Source of the DNA: a virus
Reading direction: 5' to 3' (one strand)
Length of the DNA stretch: 64,000 nucleotides
IMG/VR virus record: IMGVR_UViG_3300009481_000012
Location: 6,075 to 70,074 of that record
Within the stretch, counting starts at the first letter, position 1. Each line of letters begins with the position of its first letter. A program made the position numbers and the translations under genes. Below, one piece after another: positions 29,642 through 40,142 of the stretch. The notes below the pieces were generated by a model. It worked only from the letters and a program-made list of their open reading frames with translations. It had not been told where the DNA came from and did no database searches.

Positions 29642-31278
29642 CAGTCATAAACCTCTTTTAACTTAAACTTTACTGTGTAATAGTTATTTTGTAAACTAGC
29701 GTTTGAAGCATCAGAAAATACGTGAGTAATTCCTAAAGAACCATCAAACCTTGCTTGTATATTACCAATTTCATTGATGTGTGTCAAGTCAAAAGTGAAA
29801 GTTTCAAATGAACCATTTCTAGACCTGTAAAACTGTTCAATTGCATGTTTTTCTACTCCTGATATGTTAGTATATGAAATATCAAAATCACGTTTAGAAC
29901 GACGACTTCTTAAAGTACGTTTTTCATACCCACCTTGAGAAGTAAACTGCACTACATCAAATTCAGTTGAAGTAGAAAACCCTTTATCTGGTTTTCTATC
30001 TGCCATAGAAGTAAATCTATCAAACGTTTCAGTAGTACTGTCAAAATGTCTTATTACTAGCGTATCATTTGATTGTAAAGGAGTGTGTATACGAGTGAGT
30101 TCTGTTCTAGGTGCCACAAAAGTTCTGTCATAAACTCTTGTCTCATTAACAAATCTAAAAGAGTCTATAAAACCTTTTAAATTTTCTCTGGTAGCAGCAC
30201 TAGTTGTGTTTATTCTACCTATATCAAAAGTTCCAGTAGGAGTTATCGAATAGTTGACGGCATTATCTTCTTGAACCATTGTTCCATTAACAAAAAGTCT
30301 TGAGTGTGCTTCACTTCTATCATGAGTAATCGCTAAATGAACAAATGTATCGGCACTAATAGATCCTCCTTGTAAATCTGCGACTGTTGCTCCACTTTCT
30401 TTTACAGTCCACTGAATTTTATTATTAGCCATCCTACTTAGCTTAACAAAGTTATTATCATCTGTACGGTGAGAAAATACAGTGTTAGCCGCACCAAGGT
30501 CCTCAAAACGGGCAAAACATTCTATACTAAAAGAACCTGTATATGCAAAATCATTGCTATCTGTAAAACTAACAACATCAGTTCCCGCGTTAAAAGCAGC
30601 TGCAGAGTTTCCATACTTTTTAGTGCTACTTAGTGTTACTCCGGACACTGTAGCGGCTCCTCTAGCTTTAATGCTTTCATCAGTGAAATTTTTTCCAAAA
30701 TTTAACAACAAGATAGTATCAGCAGACTGTCCAATAGTAATACCACCACTACCTAAATTTCGTGAAATAGAGCCTGTAGCAGTTTCTGGTTCTGTGTTAG
30801 ACGCTGGAAAAACATAAGCTTCTTGCGTTTGTTCAACACCAGAAAGCGTTACTAGTAAATCGTTTTTAGAATTAACTTGGGTTTGTGTAGGTGTAGGAAA
30901 GTTTTGTATTTCTCCATTGATTATGTAAGCGTTTGAGTTTATGGTTTGAATATCTGCTGCTGTGTTATTATACTCTACATACCTAACTTGGGGGAAAATA
31001 CGGGTTGTTCTATATCTAGAGGGAAGAGTTATTACTTTTAGTGCAAGAGCTGATGCTCCTGGAGCTGATACAAAAGTAATAGAGTTACCACTATTAGAAG
31101 TAACATATGTTGAAGTATCTTGAATAATCCCGTCTACTGTTGCAACTACCTCACCAACATGCTCTACAGTAGTTGACAAATTAAATTCTCTAACAGTTCC
31201 TGTATCTGAATAGTTGGTAGTACCTACAGTGGTAAAACTAGTTGTTGTAATTGTTGCGTCTGAGGGATAAGTAGCCAT
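29641..31278 (-). CDS. Distal tail protein (lambda M-like) with LamG/ConA domain
   Basis: C-terminal F..GYEKR...EQFY.SR.G..ETF.F; internal FSIECFARF...HLAIT..LFVNG...GFIDSFR. Confidence 0.75.
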   Translation of the reverse strand: MATYPSDATITTTSFTTVGTTNYSDTGTVREFNLSTTVEHVGEVVATVDGIIQDTSTYVTSNSGNSITFVSAPGASALALKVITLPSRYRTTRIFPQVRYVEYNNTAADIQTINSNAYIINGEIQNFPTPTQTQVNSKNDLLVTLSGVEQTQEAYVFPASNTEPETATGSISRNLGSGGITIGQSADTILLLNFGKNFTDESIKARGAATVSGVTLSSTKKYGNSAAAFNAGTDVVSFTDSNDFAYTGSFSIECFARFEDLGAANTVFSHRTDDNNFVKLSRMANNKIQWTVKESGATVADLQGGSISADTFVHLAITHDRSEAHSRLFVNGTMVQEDNAVNYSITPTGTFDIGRINTTSAATRENLKGFIDSFRFVNETRVYDRTFVAPRTELTRIHTPLQSNDTLVIRHFDSTTETFDRFTSMADRKPDKGFSTSTEFDVVQFTSQGGYEKRTLRSRRSKRDFDISYTNISGVEKHAIEQFYRSRNGSFETFTFDLTHINEIGNIQARFDGSLGITHVFSDASNASLQNNYYTVKFKLKEVYD

Positions 31279-31280
31279 TT

Positions 31281-34200
31281 TTACATTGCTCCCCTAATTC
31301 CTTGTCTAATTGGGCCGTTGTTTTTCAAATCTCTAGTGACAATATCCACAATAATTGTCTCTGGAGTAACTTGAACACTTGGCGATTGTGTCGTTTCTTG
31401 AGCAGTTCCTTCGTTATGCATATTAACTACTACATTCTGTGTACCGCCCATAGTTCCATGAGCGTTCATTGCATTTAACGCTGGTCCTCCAATAGCTTTT
31501 GCCATTGGCTTGCGAATTACAAACTCACCTGGCTCTAATAAGGTAGGAATTCTATCTCTTAACATCCCACCTGCTGCCATTCTTTTGATTAAACCTCCGT
31601 GTGCTGCAAACCCAATTGTAGGTGGTAGAATAGAAGGAGAAACAGGAACACCTACTGTCGGTGCTACACTTGCACCTCCTCCTCCAAAAATACCACTAAA
31701 GAAGTCTCCAATACCGCCAAAGATGCCGCTAAAGAAGCCTCCGCCTCCGCCTGAGCCTCCGAGACTGCTGAACAAGTTGCCAACAAAATCAAATACTCCT
31801 CGTCCTGCCTCTAACAAAGCGCTTCCAAAGTCTCCTAAGACAGTTCCAACTTTACTAAACATATCTGTTAAGAAGTTTCCGCCTGTGTCTGCTCCAGCAC
31901 CCAAATCTTCAACTTTGAGTGCGGCAGCATCGCACTGATCTTTAAGTATTTTAGTTGGGTTAGCGGCTGCAACGCTCGGAGCCATAGTTACTAGCATAGC
32001 TGTTCCTCCAGTAGAGGCAACCAAGGCATCTTCAATCTTTTTATCTGGGCCAAAACCAAAAGCTCCCAACACTTTCTCATTAATAAAGTTTTCTACAGGT
32101 TTAACTACCGTTCTATCAAATATTTTTGCTTGAATATCTTTTGCAATATTTAAAAAGGTTTCTTTGAATCCTTCTTTAAAGTTTTCCATTGTTAGTGTGC
32201 CTTCGATCATGGCAGCGTTTAAATCTCGTAGTCCTTGCCCAATGCCTTCAGACAAAGAAGAAGCTACATCTTTAGCAATTTGTAACATTTCATTATCTGC
32301 GTCTGCAAAAGCAGCTGCTAAGTTTTTGGTGCTAATCCCTGCTTCGTTTAGCTCATTAGTTAACTTTTGAAGTTCAGTAGCCGTAATGGTTGCGTTATTT
32401 TTTATCTTTAGCTGGATATCGGCAAGAGCTTCTTGTGCTTTAAGGCGTGCGTCAGCCTCAGCAGCAGATCTCTTACCTCCGACATTTTTTTCTTGTAGGG
32501 TAGCAATCTCTGTTGACTGACTTTTCATTTTCTTTAAAGTTCCTAAAAGACCTGCATTATCATCAGCTAGGTCCGCTATAATGGCGTTAATATCATTAGT
32601 AGCATCATCTATTTGTCCTAGTCTTACTTCATCACCCATTCTGGCGGTTCTTTCTTGTTCTACAGTTCTACCACCTTTCGCAAACTTGTCTCCTTCTATC
32701 ACCTCTTGTCTTGCTACTCTATCAGCAGCAAGTATGCGAGCCATTCCCTCAACATGACTTTCAAAACCTTTTAATTGTTTGTCAAGTAACTTCACTTGTG
32801 CTTCAGTTTGTTTTATTTGTAGATCTCGGGTTGATTTATCAGAGGCAATTTTTGCCTTATCGAGAGCTGCTTGTGCGGCAAATCTTTTTGCTATTAAACC
32901 ACCACCTTCTTTACCACCTAATTGTGCTTGTAATTCTTTTTGTTGTTTTTCTAGAGAAGCTTTTTCTAGTTTTGCTCTTTCTCTTATAGTATCTTTTTGA
33001 GCTTCTATCGACAATCTTAAAGCTTCTAGATCGCTTCTAGCGATTCTAAGCTCTAGCGCTCTTTGTTTTCCTGGACTCAACAGATCGCCAAACTCAGCAG
33101 CAATATCACTTGCTCGCTGGTTTGCTCCTTGTCTAGCTAAATCAGCTCCTTCTGCCCGAACTTTAGCTAAATTTCTTTCAGCTTCAAGTGTTTTTAAACT
33201 ATTAGCAAGAGCTTTTTGTTCACTTTTAATTCTTTGCTCACTTAGTTTAAGTGCACGATCAGCGTCTTGTAAAGCATTTTGCTGTTTTAAAAGAGTAATT
33301 TGGTTTTTATATGCTAAAGTTTGTTTGTCTAAACTTTTTTCTAATTTTTGACTCTCTTCAACAATTTTTTGGAATTGCCCAACAATAGCTAACTCTGCTG
33401 TACGAGCTAAAGCGGCTCTTTGTTTTTGTATATCGTTAAGCTTCTCAGCCTCTTTTCCTCCAGCCCTTTGAGTGGCTAAATCCTCTCGTCCTAGATCATA
33501 CATTTTTTGTAACTGTTGTAATTGAGAAGCTTCTTGTTCTGATTTCTTTACTGTTAAATCAAAATTATCGACATTATTTTTAGACACTAAAATGTTCATC
33601 TTACTAAGTTGGGAAGAAGCTTTAATTTCAGCAGAATAAGTTTCCATTATTTGTTTTCTTGCTTTTAAAATCGCCATCTGCGCTTCTATATTTTTATTAT
33701 TTGCATCTAAATCTGTTTGAGCTGCGGAAGCTATGTCTTTTGCTCTTTGACTTTCTTCTTTTTTTAGCTTTGTAATTTTAGCTACCATTGCGCCACGTTT
33801 TTGCTCAAGCTGTTCTAGGGTAGCTGATCCACTACGCATAGCTTCTATAAGGTTAGCCTGAAGTTGTTGAGTTTGTAACAAACTTGTTTCAATTTTTTCT
33901 TCTTCATGCTTGCGTGCTCGGGCCTCTATCGACAACTTATTAAATTCTTGCTGTGTTTTAAATCTTGCTCTCATCGTTTGTAGAGCTGTCCTTTCATTTT
34001 TAATTGCGTCATTTGAAAAGCGTAGTGCTCCTTCTTCTGCTACGAGCAATTTATTAGCAGATTCTAGCGTCATTCCTGTAGCTTTTGCAAATATTTCTCG
34101 TCCACGCAAAGAGCCTCCAGATTCTCCAGCAAACTGTTTCCCCATTTTTTCAATAGCGGCTTTTAGTTCGGGGTTAGTATCTAAGTTCACTTTTAATTTT

Positions 34201-36086
34201 TTAGCAAAAGCGGTTACAAAAGCCTCTGAGCTTCCAATACCAGCAGCACCTGCGTCTTTAATTACGCTTTGAAAAGCGCTTCTAACATCACCACCACTTA
34301 TAGACCTCTTGAGTTGTCTATTTGGATCTATCGTCCTCTGATCTCTTTTTTGAGCCGCTTCTAAATTTCTAAGGTCTCTTTCGGCAACACGTCGGCGAAA
34401 CCGGCTTAGGTTTTGATCTTCTGACCTAACTCGTGCTTCTTGAATACGTAAAGTCCTGGCAGCTATTCTTCGTTCCGTGTCGATTCTAAGATTTTCATTT
34501 ACTTTAAGTCTTGCCTCAAATTTAGCATCTTTTTCAACCCCTATGTCAAGAGATTTAGCTGCAGCTGATGCTTGTCTTGCTTCTTTAGTTACCCCCAAAA
34601 GCTCTTTAAAAAACCTTACTGCTTGAGTAAGCTTTTCAATAACTGGGTCTAACCAGCCAAAAGCTTCTAACACAGTGGCCCCGACAGCAATTAGTATGGA
34701 TAGATAACTAATAATTAAACTAATCCAAGAAAGCGCTCCGAGAGCAGCCTTACCTGCTATTCCTAAAGCTTTACCGAGTCCTATAGCAGCAGCTCCAGCA
34801 GTTCTCGCTATAGGGCCAAACGCTCTTAATCTTGCGTTAGCTGCAGTTTGTGCTGTAGTAAATGCAGTAATTCTTCTCTGGAGAAGTGCTATTCTAGCAC
34901 TTGCGGCCTTAGTAGATTTACCACTCTCTTCTAGTGCTATTTTCTCTCTCTTTAACAAGGCAATTTCTTGTGCTACTATTTTGTTATACCTACGAGTTTC
35001 TGATGTTGTAATTGTTTGAGCTTTAGCTTTTTTAGTTAAAGACTTAAACTCAGCATCATTTTCAGCAGTTGCTCTAGCCACATTAAGATTTACTTCTTTC
35101 ATAGAATCTGAGAAAGCTAAATTAGCTTTACCTATTCGTCTGGTGCTACTTAAATTATCTTGTAAGTTGTCTGTAGAGGTTCTAAGATTGGCATTAAATC
35201 CTGCCAATCTCTGAGAGGCTTCTCTCATAGCTGTTCCGAAAACTGTTCTAATTAAAACACCCATTAAACCAATTGCAGCAACAGGAGAAGTCAATGCTTC
35301 TGCAAGAGGAGCAAGAGCGTTAGCTATTGTTCCACCAATCTCGGTCGCTAGATCGCTAACCGTAGCGGCTAATTTTTCAAGGGATTGTGCGGCAGTATCC
35401 GCTTCGATATCAATATCTTTGTATTTTCTTGCACCTTCTTCTGAAACTGCATTAGCAAAAGCTTGTCTTTTTTCAAATCTTGTTAATTGACTCGCGACTT
35501 TGCCTACAGAAGCAGCATAGGCTTCTGCAGCAGGCTCAATTCTAGTAAAAATACCTAATTCGTCTAAAAGTTCTGGTTCTAACTTAACAGCACCTCGAAC
35601 AAGGCGTTGAAATGAATCTGTTAAGTCTCTGCCTAATGCTCTAGAAGCTCTCATAGCAACATCAGTAAAACCCTCTAGTTGCTCTGTACTAAACCCAGAA
35701 GATAGAGCTAAGTTAGCAAGTTCAGCTGATTGGACTAGTGATAGTTGTCCTTTAGTAATTCTCTGAATCATATCTAAAACTTCAGGACCACTCTCTCCAA
35801 CAGCGTTAGCTAAAGCGTTAACTCCAGCAAGAGTTTGTTCAGCTCTTGCTGCTCTATTTAAGGCATCAAAAGCTGCAGAAAGAGCAAAGATAGTAGCAGC
35901 CGCTCCCGCGTATGCAGAAACAAGTCCACCTAATCCTGACGCTTGAGCAGAGAATTGTCTACCAGCAGAAGCGCTGGCTTGACCAAGACGAGTTTGTTGG
36001 CGACCAACAGATTCTATATCTTTGGCTGCTTTTTTGGTTCCTCTGGCCTCGACCATAATCTTTACTTTAGAAGTTTGTTCTGCCAT
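31281..36086 (-). CDS. Tape measure protein (T5 pb2-like)
   Basis: 1601 aa, Ala/Lys/Glu helical; GLVSAYAGAAA, LGRDLTDSF.RL..G..KLEPELLDELGI; C-terminal D.IP.LL.PGEFVI. Confidence 0.92.
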   Translation of the reverse strand: MAEQTSKVKIMVEARGTKKAAKDIESVGRQQTRLGQASASAGRQFSAQASGLGGLVSAYAGAAATIFALSAAFDALNRAARAEQTLAGVNALANAVGESGPEVLDMIQRITKGQLSLVQSAELANLALSSGFSTEQLEGFTDVAMRASRALGRDLTDSFQRLVRGAVKLEPELLDELGIFTRIEPAAEAYAASVGKVASQLTRFEKRQAFANAVSEEGARKYKDIDIEADTAAQSLEKLAATVSDLATEIGGTIANALAPLAEALTSPVAAIGLMGVLIRTVFGTAMREASQRLAGFNANLRTSTDNLQDNLSSTRRIGKANLAFSDSMKEVNLNVARATAENDAEFKSLTKKAKAQTITTSETRRYNKIVAQEIALLKREKIALEESGKSTKAASARIALLQRRITAFTTAQTAANARLRAFGPIARTAGAAAIGLGKALGIAGKAALGALSWISLIISYLSILIAVGATVLEAFGWLDPVIEKLTQAVRFFKELLGVTKEARQASAAAKSLDIGVEKDAKFEARLKVNENLRIDTERRIAARTLRIQEARVRSEDQNLSRFRRRVAERDLRNLEAAQKRDQRTIDPNRQLKRSISGGDVRSAFQSVIKDAGAAGIGSSEAFVTAFAKKLKVNLDTNPELKAAIEKMGKQFAGESGGSLRGREIFAKATGMTLESANKLLVAEEGALRFSNDAIKNERTALQTMRARFKTQQEFNKLSIEARARKHEEEKIETSLLQTQQLQANLIEAMRSGSATLEQLEQKRGAMVAKITKLKKEESQRAKDIASAAQTDLDANNKNIEAQMAILKARKQIMETYSAEIKASSQLSKMNILVSKNNVDNFDLTVKKSEQEASQLQQLQKMYDLGREDLATQRAGGKEAEKLNDIQKQRAALARTAELAIVGQFQKIVEESQKLEKSLDKQTLAYKNQITLLKQQNALQDADRALKLSEQRIKSEQKALANSLKTLEAERNLAKVRAEGADLARQGANQRASDIAAEFGDLLSPGKQRALELRIARSDLEALRLSIEAQKDTIRERAKLEKASLEKQQKELQAQLGGKEGGGLIAKRFAAQAALDKAKIASDKSTRDLQIKQTEAQVKLLDKQLKGFESHVEGMARILAADRVARQEVIEGDKFAKGGRTVEQERTARMGDEVRLGQIDDATNDINAIIADLADDNAGLLGTLKKMKSQSTEIATLQEKNVGGKRSAAEADARLKAQEALADIQLKIKNNATITATELQKLTNELNEAGISTKNLAAAFADADNEMLQIAKDVASSLSEGIGQGLRDLNAAMIEGTLTMENFKEGFKETFLNIAKDIQAKIFDRTVVKPVENFINEKVLGAFGFGPDKKIEDALVASTGGTAMLVTMAPSVAAANPTKILKDQCDAAALKVEDLGAGADTGGNFLTDMFSKVGTVLGDFGSALLEAGRGVFDFVGNLFSSLGGSGGGGGFFSGIFGGIGDFFSGIFGGGGASVAPTVGVPVSPSILPPTIGFAAHGGLIKRMAAGGMLRDRIPTLLEPGEFVIRKPMAKAIGGPALNAMNAHGTMGGTQNVVVNMHNEGTAQETTQSPSVQVTPETIIVDIVTRDLKNNGPIRQGIRGAM

Positions 36087-36400
36087 TAGCTTTTTCTCGC
36101 TTGTTGAGCTTTTCGTTGTTGCTCGTAAAATTTAGAAGCTTCTGCTATTATATGCAAAAGTAAATCAAAGGCTTCTCTATTGCCTTCAATTCCATACAGT
36201 TCCATAATATCTCCAAGACCAGCAAAATCTTTTCCTAACCAAACACCATTCATACCCTCTATTTTATCAGGTAATACTTGAAATAAAGTTAAAGCAACTT
36301 GTCCTTCATAAGATAAATCTTTTGGTTCTAGCGGCATCTCTTCTGGATCAGGTTCCCAATCCATTTGTTCACACATTAAGAGATACTGCTCTTGGCTCAT
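36086..36400 (-). CDS. Tail assembly chaperone, frameshift extension (gpT-like)
   Basis: YLLMCEQM.WEPDP; frame stays open back to the slippery site at 36439. Confidence 0.8.
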   Translation of the reverse strand: MSQEQYLLMCEQMDWEPDPEEMPLEPKDLSYEGQVALTLFQVLPDKIEGMNGVWLGKDFAGLGDIMELYGIEGNREAFDLLLHIIAEASKFYEQQRKAQQARKS

Positions 36401-36867
36401 CCCCCCGTTTTGGAACTGGCTACGGAGGTAGTTTGTGAGTTTTTTTCGTCGGTTTCCTTTTTAGTAATTGAAAATTGTTCAAACTCGTTCATGGTATCAG
36501 TAATAAACTGATCAAAAATGGTGGAATTAGTTATCAAATCTCTGGCTTCTTCTATAGAATATTCAATATCTTCTTCTCCGTCCATACCACTAATATCAAC
36601 AGGAAGTAACATAGGCATATGTTTTACTTTAAGACCTTTCCAGCCTTTAACTGCTTTTTCTGTATATGCAGCTAGAAATTTATCATTATCAATTTCTTCT
36701 TCCCTCTGACGAGTTCTTTTATTAAATTTAAAAGATAGACTTTGATTTCTAATCTTAACCAAATCTTCTCTATTCAAATATACTAAACTGATGGTGAATC
36801 CTTCAATATCTGGAAACTCAACATCGACGACCGTATCAGTCGCCATTAGGGATGCAATTTTGCTCAT
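36397..36867 (-). CDS. Tail assembly chaperone (gpG-like)
   Basis: Between tail tube and tape measure genes; GGAGAGGGG RBS before ATG at 36867. Confidence 0.85.
   Translation of the reverse strand: MSKIASLMATDTVVDVEFPDIEGFTISLVYLNREDLVKIRNQSLSFKFNKRTRQREEEIDNDKFLAAYTEKAVKGWKGLKVKHMPMLLPVDISGMDGEEDIEYSIEEARDLITNSTIFDQFITDTMNEFEQFSITKKETDEKNSQTTSVASSKTGG
36439..36445 (-). other. -1 programmed frameshift slippery site A AAA AAC
   Basis: GAA AAA AAC in frame 0; -1 frame reads LTNYLRSQFQNGG into MSQEQYLL with no stop. Confidence 0.85.
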
Positions 36868-36894
36868 TTTCCCCTCTCCTTTCATAAATAAAAA

Positions 36895-36967
36895 GGGTGT
36901 CCATCGATTTCAACTTGAATCCAGCCGAGGGGATAAGCTAGATACATTGTTAACACGATGAACACCC
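36895..36967 (-). terminator. Long stem-loop / probable leaky terminator after the tail tube gene
   Basis: GGGTGTTCATCG...CGATGGACACCC followed by TTTTT, with nested inner stems. Confidence 0.7.
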
Positions 36968-37007
36968 ACATGAATTTTTTTCTAACCCCTCTTTAGAAAT
37001 TATTTTA

Positions 37008-38315
37008 TTACGCGGCTTGAGTAACGAAAGTTACGTTTGCTCCTGCACCTTTTTGCGCTGTTGTTTCTTGCGCCATAAATTCAGCACTAATTCCAATAAC
37101 ATCTTCAATAGTATGTGTTGGGAAACTGAATTGAGTCGCTTGCATATCAATAGCAAAGTAAGGAGCTGTTGCGCCACCAATTTTAAGGTTTGCGCTTGCA
37201 CCTTGAGCTGTTTGAGTAGCTGTGTTAGAAACAATATTGCGTAAGAAGGTTGCTGAGTTATCAGCAGCCGCTCCGCCACTTCTCAAGTAAGCACTAATCG
37301 AACCAGTAATGGATTGAACTCCAGTAAACTGAGTGATTGGCTGGTTAAGAGAAGCTAATTCTTCCGCCGTTAGATATGTAATATTATTATTAATATCGAA
37401 TGTTAGTCCTGTAACGGGGAAGGTGTGTTTAGCAGGATCTGTACCTCCAGACCCATCTGTAATATCAATTGTAGATAAGCGGTTTTTAATAAACTCTGCG
37501 CTAGTAGCAGCACTTGCAACATTATAAGAGTTCCAAGGATGGAACTTAGAAGTGTTTACTGTAGTACCGTTAGTCTTAAAGATATCAATCGAAGACGCGG
37601 AAGCAACAGTAGTACCGTTGTTTAGAACACCTCCAAAGACGTTAATAGCAACGTTTCTTGGTGCTCCTGTAAGTTCTACAAGATTGGTGGCAAAGCCAGT
37701 CCAAGTTGTAGTAGCGATTCCATCAATAGCAGCATCAATTGACGCTTGGTTAACAGCGGCGTTAGCCAGCTGATAAACAACGTTATCAACTTTCATGTAA
37801 AGATGGTTTTCTGTTGCAGTAGCAAAGTTTGGATTACAAGCAGCAACGTTTGCAGAGGCAGAACGATTACGGTTCTCCCATTTTGCAATAGTAGTTACGG
37901 CAGTTGATTGCCAAGCACTTTGTAATTGTGTGCCTGTAGCAGGTGACGTAGCACTTAATAGTGCTTGCCATAAGAACCAGTCAGCGACTGGTAATGCGTT
38001 ACCACTTTCGTGCTGGTTGGTAGTTGCGGCTCCTGTTACTCCAGTGGCTCGTGTGGGTTTTAAATAACACTGGAAATTCCAATCAACCGGGTTAATAGCT
38101 GTATTGAACCTCTGTGTAGAACGATCTGGTGTTAAACCACTTTCGAGCGATGTAATATCTTGAGTTGCTGCAGATTGACTAAAAGCAAATCCAGCTAAAA
38201 CTTCTACTTCGTAGGTATTAGCGGGACTCATTGTAGTAGCCGCAGCCCCACCGTTAAGATCGACGGTGGAGTAAAAAACTTTTGTATTTCTTTGTAAATT
38301 TAGCGATGCAGCCAT
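37008..38315 (-). CDS. Major tail tube protein (T5 pb6-like)
   Basis: LQRNTKVF, VLAGFAFSQ, RFNTAINPVDWNF, AIDGIATTTWTG. Confidence 0.9.
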   Translation of the reverse strand: MAASLNLQRNTKVFYSTVDLNGGAAATTMSPANTYEVEVLAGFAFSQSAATQDITSLESGLTPDRSTQRFNTAINPVDWNFQCYLKPTRATGVTGAATTNQHESGNALPVADWFLWQALLSATSPATGTQLQSAWQSTAVTTIAKWENRNRSASANVAACNPNFATATENHLYMKVDNVVYQLANAAVNQASIDAAIDGIATTTWTGFATNLVELTGAPRNVAINVFGGVLNNGTTVASASSIDIFKTNGTTVNTSKFHPWNSYNVASAATSAEFIKNRLSTIDITDGSGGTDPAKHTFPVTGLTFDINNNITYLTAEELASLNQPITQFTGVQSITGSISAYLRSGGAAADNSATFLRNIVSNTATQTAQGASANLKIGGATAPYFAIDMQATQFSFPTHTIEDVIGISAEFMAQETTAQKGAGANVTFVTQAA

Positions 38316-38332
38316 TTTTTAAGCTCCTTTAA

Positions 38333-38785
38333 TTATTCTTCTAATTCGTATATAACATTTAGGTTAACTTCGCCAATACCATAAGGTTCTATTAATCCTT
38401 CATCTGTTGATATACTGGTAATACTGATTTGTAAAATTCCCTTATCGGCTTGTGATCCTATACCATATATAACGTGTTCCACATCATCAATTATATTTTC
38501 TAAGCCGTCTTGAGATTGTTCTTGTTTTACATAACAACGAATAACCAAAGGAAGATTCGCTGTAGTAAAACTTTGAGTGTCGTAAGCTCTAGTCTCGACT
38601 CCCGCAGTTACATATAAAGACGGAAAGTCATTAACTTCGTCTATAAACTTTAATCTTCTAAAAACATTATTTGATAGATTAAAATTATATGTATAATTTG
38701 AATCAAATCCAGAAGCTTGTTTGTCTATTGACTTCAGCTGTGTGACAAGGAAATTTACGATTTCTCTTCTTCGACTATTTGCCAT
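38333..38785 (-). CDS. Tail terminator (T5 p142-like)
   Basis: RRREI, NNV...LKFIDEVNDFP, TDEGLIEPYGIGE. Confidence 0.85.
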   Translation of the reverse strand: MANSRRREIVNFLVTQLKSIDKQASGFDSNYTYNFNLSNNVFRRLKFIDEVNDFPSLYVTAGVETRAYDTQSFTTANLPLVIRCYVKQEQSQDGLENIIDDVEHVIYGIGSQADKGILQISITSISTDEGLIEPYGIGEVNLNVIYELEE

Positions 38786-38809
38786 TTATTTTTCCCTAGT
38801 CTATTATTG

Positions 38810-38850
38810 AGTATAACAGACCCTACTAGTATCTGCAATCCTTATTTTTT
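38810..38850 (-). promoter_or_regulatory. Putative late promoter
   Basis: AAAATAAGGA-TTGCAG-17 nt-TATACT with extended TG. Confidence 0.6.
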
Positions 38851-38870
38851 TACATCTAATAAAAATGTAA

Positions 38871-40142
38871 TCAAAATCCTTTCAGAATGTTAAATTGTCT
38901 CCCGACCTGTCTTTGTGTTATATTTCTTATACTACCTTCTATCGTCTCACTAGGTGCTCTTCCAGTACCTTCGTGAACTTGATAAATAGGATTATAATAA
39001 TATCTAATTAAATTTCCTCTAATTTGAGTAAAAACACTTTTAACAAATCGTCCAGTTCTATTAGTTAAAATTTCTTCACTTAAGGGAGGTCCTTTTACAG
39101 GGCCTTTTGGCATACGCGCATACAAAGATCGTTGTATAGATGCAGTAAGTTGAGCGCTAGTGATAGTGGGTTGCATACTTCTTTGTCTTTCGCCTTTACG
39201 CTTACGTGTCCCCTTAATTCTACCTTTTGTCATTGGAATACTAGCGCCTGATGGGTATTCCATTATCATATCAAAATCAATGCCTGCTGCTGTACCTCTT
39301 ACTTTTGCTTTGCCAGGTAAGGATTGTAGTTGGTCCACAAAATCTTCTGTTGAACTTGTTGCTATTGCTGGAGCAGTGGCTAATAAACTATTAATTAACT
39401 GTTTTTCAAAAGTTTCAGTTAATTTTAAAACAAGAGCGGCATCCTTTTTTTCCATAGTGAAAGGTTGGGGAGCAGTAAATTTATTTAAAGGAAATGATAT
39501 ATTTATTACATCAACTGACGAAAGAGCATTTCCACTTTTACTTTTTGTATATTTAGCAATTTGTAGAAGTTTTGCTTTTTGATAAAACCGCATAAATAAA
39601 TCAGGATCATTTTTTTTAATTAAATCAAAAAATTTAGGAGCACCTCCTAAAGCAGTTCTAGCGGCTCTTAATACCCCTTCCTTGTTTTGTATATCTATTC
39701 CTGGGTCAGCTTGTCTTGCTGCTGTTTTTATTGCTTCTGTTAAAGATAGTGATCCTACTTGTTGCCCGCCTTCCATAGCAAAAGGAGAAGCTTGTCCAAT
39801 AGTCGCTCCCTCTTTTCCTCCACGAGTTGCTTTTGCTTCTATTTCTGTTACGTCTTCTAGCCCAAGAGCTGCAGCCAAAGGCGCAGATATTTCTTTTGCG
39901 TTAATCTCAAAATCTGGAAGAAGACGGACGTTACCCCCTCTAACTTTTGCTTGAACAAATCTACCTAGTTGGGTTTCTATTGCTTCTTGTGCTGCTTCGC
40001 CGCGTAGTTTGCTTTTTCTCTTTCCTCCAACAATAGGTCTACCGCCCCTTTTTATTCCACGTAAAAAATCAGCATAATTATCCAGCAATTCTGGTTCAGT
40101 AATTCTTACTCTAAATGCCGTAATCCCTGCAGGAGGTGCCAT
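38871..40142 (-). CDS. Tail completion protein (T5 p143-like)
   Basis: Position; C-terminal LTNRTGRF...YY..PIYQVHE...SIRNI. Confidence 0.7.
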   Translation of the reverse strand: MAPPAGITAFRVRITEPELLDNYADFLRGIKRGGRPIVGGKRKSKLRGEAAQEAIETQLGRFVQAKVRGGNVRLLPDFEINAKEISAPLAAALGLEDVTEIEAKATRGGKEGATIGQASPFAMEGGQQVGSLSLTEAIKTAARQADPGIDIQNKEGVLRAARTALGGAPKFFDLIKKNDPDLFMRFYQKAKLLQIAKYTKSKSGNALSSVDVINISFPLNKFTAPQPFTMEKKDAALVLKLTETFEKQLINSLLATAPAIATSSTEDFVDQLQSLPGKAKVRGTAAGIDFDMIMEYPSGASIPMTKGRIKGTRKRKGERQRSMQPTITSAQLTASIQRSLYARMPKGPVKGPPLSEEILTNRTGRFVKSVFTQIRGNLIRYYYNPIYQVHEGTGRAPSETIEGSIRNITQRQVGRQFNILKGF

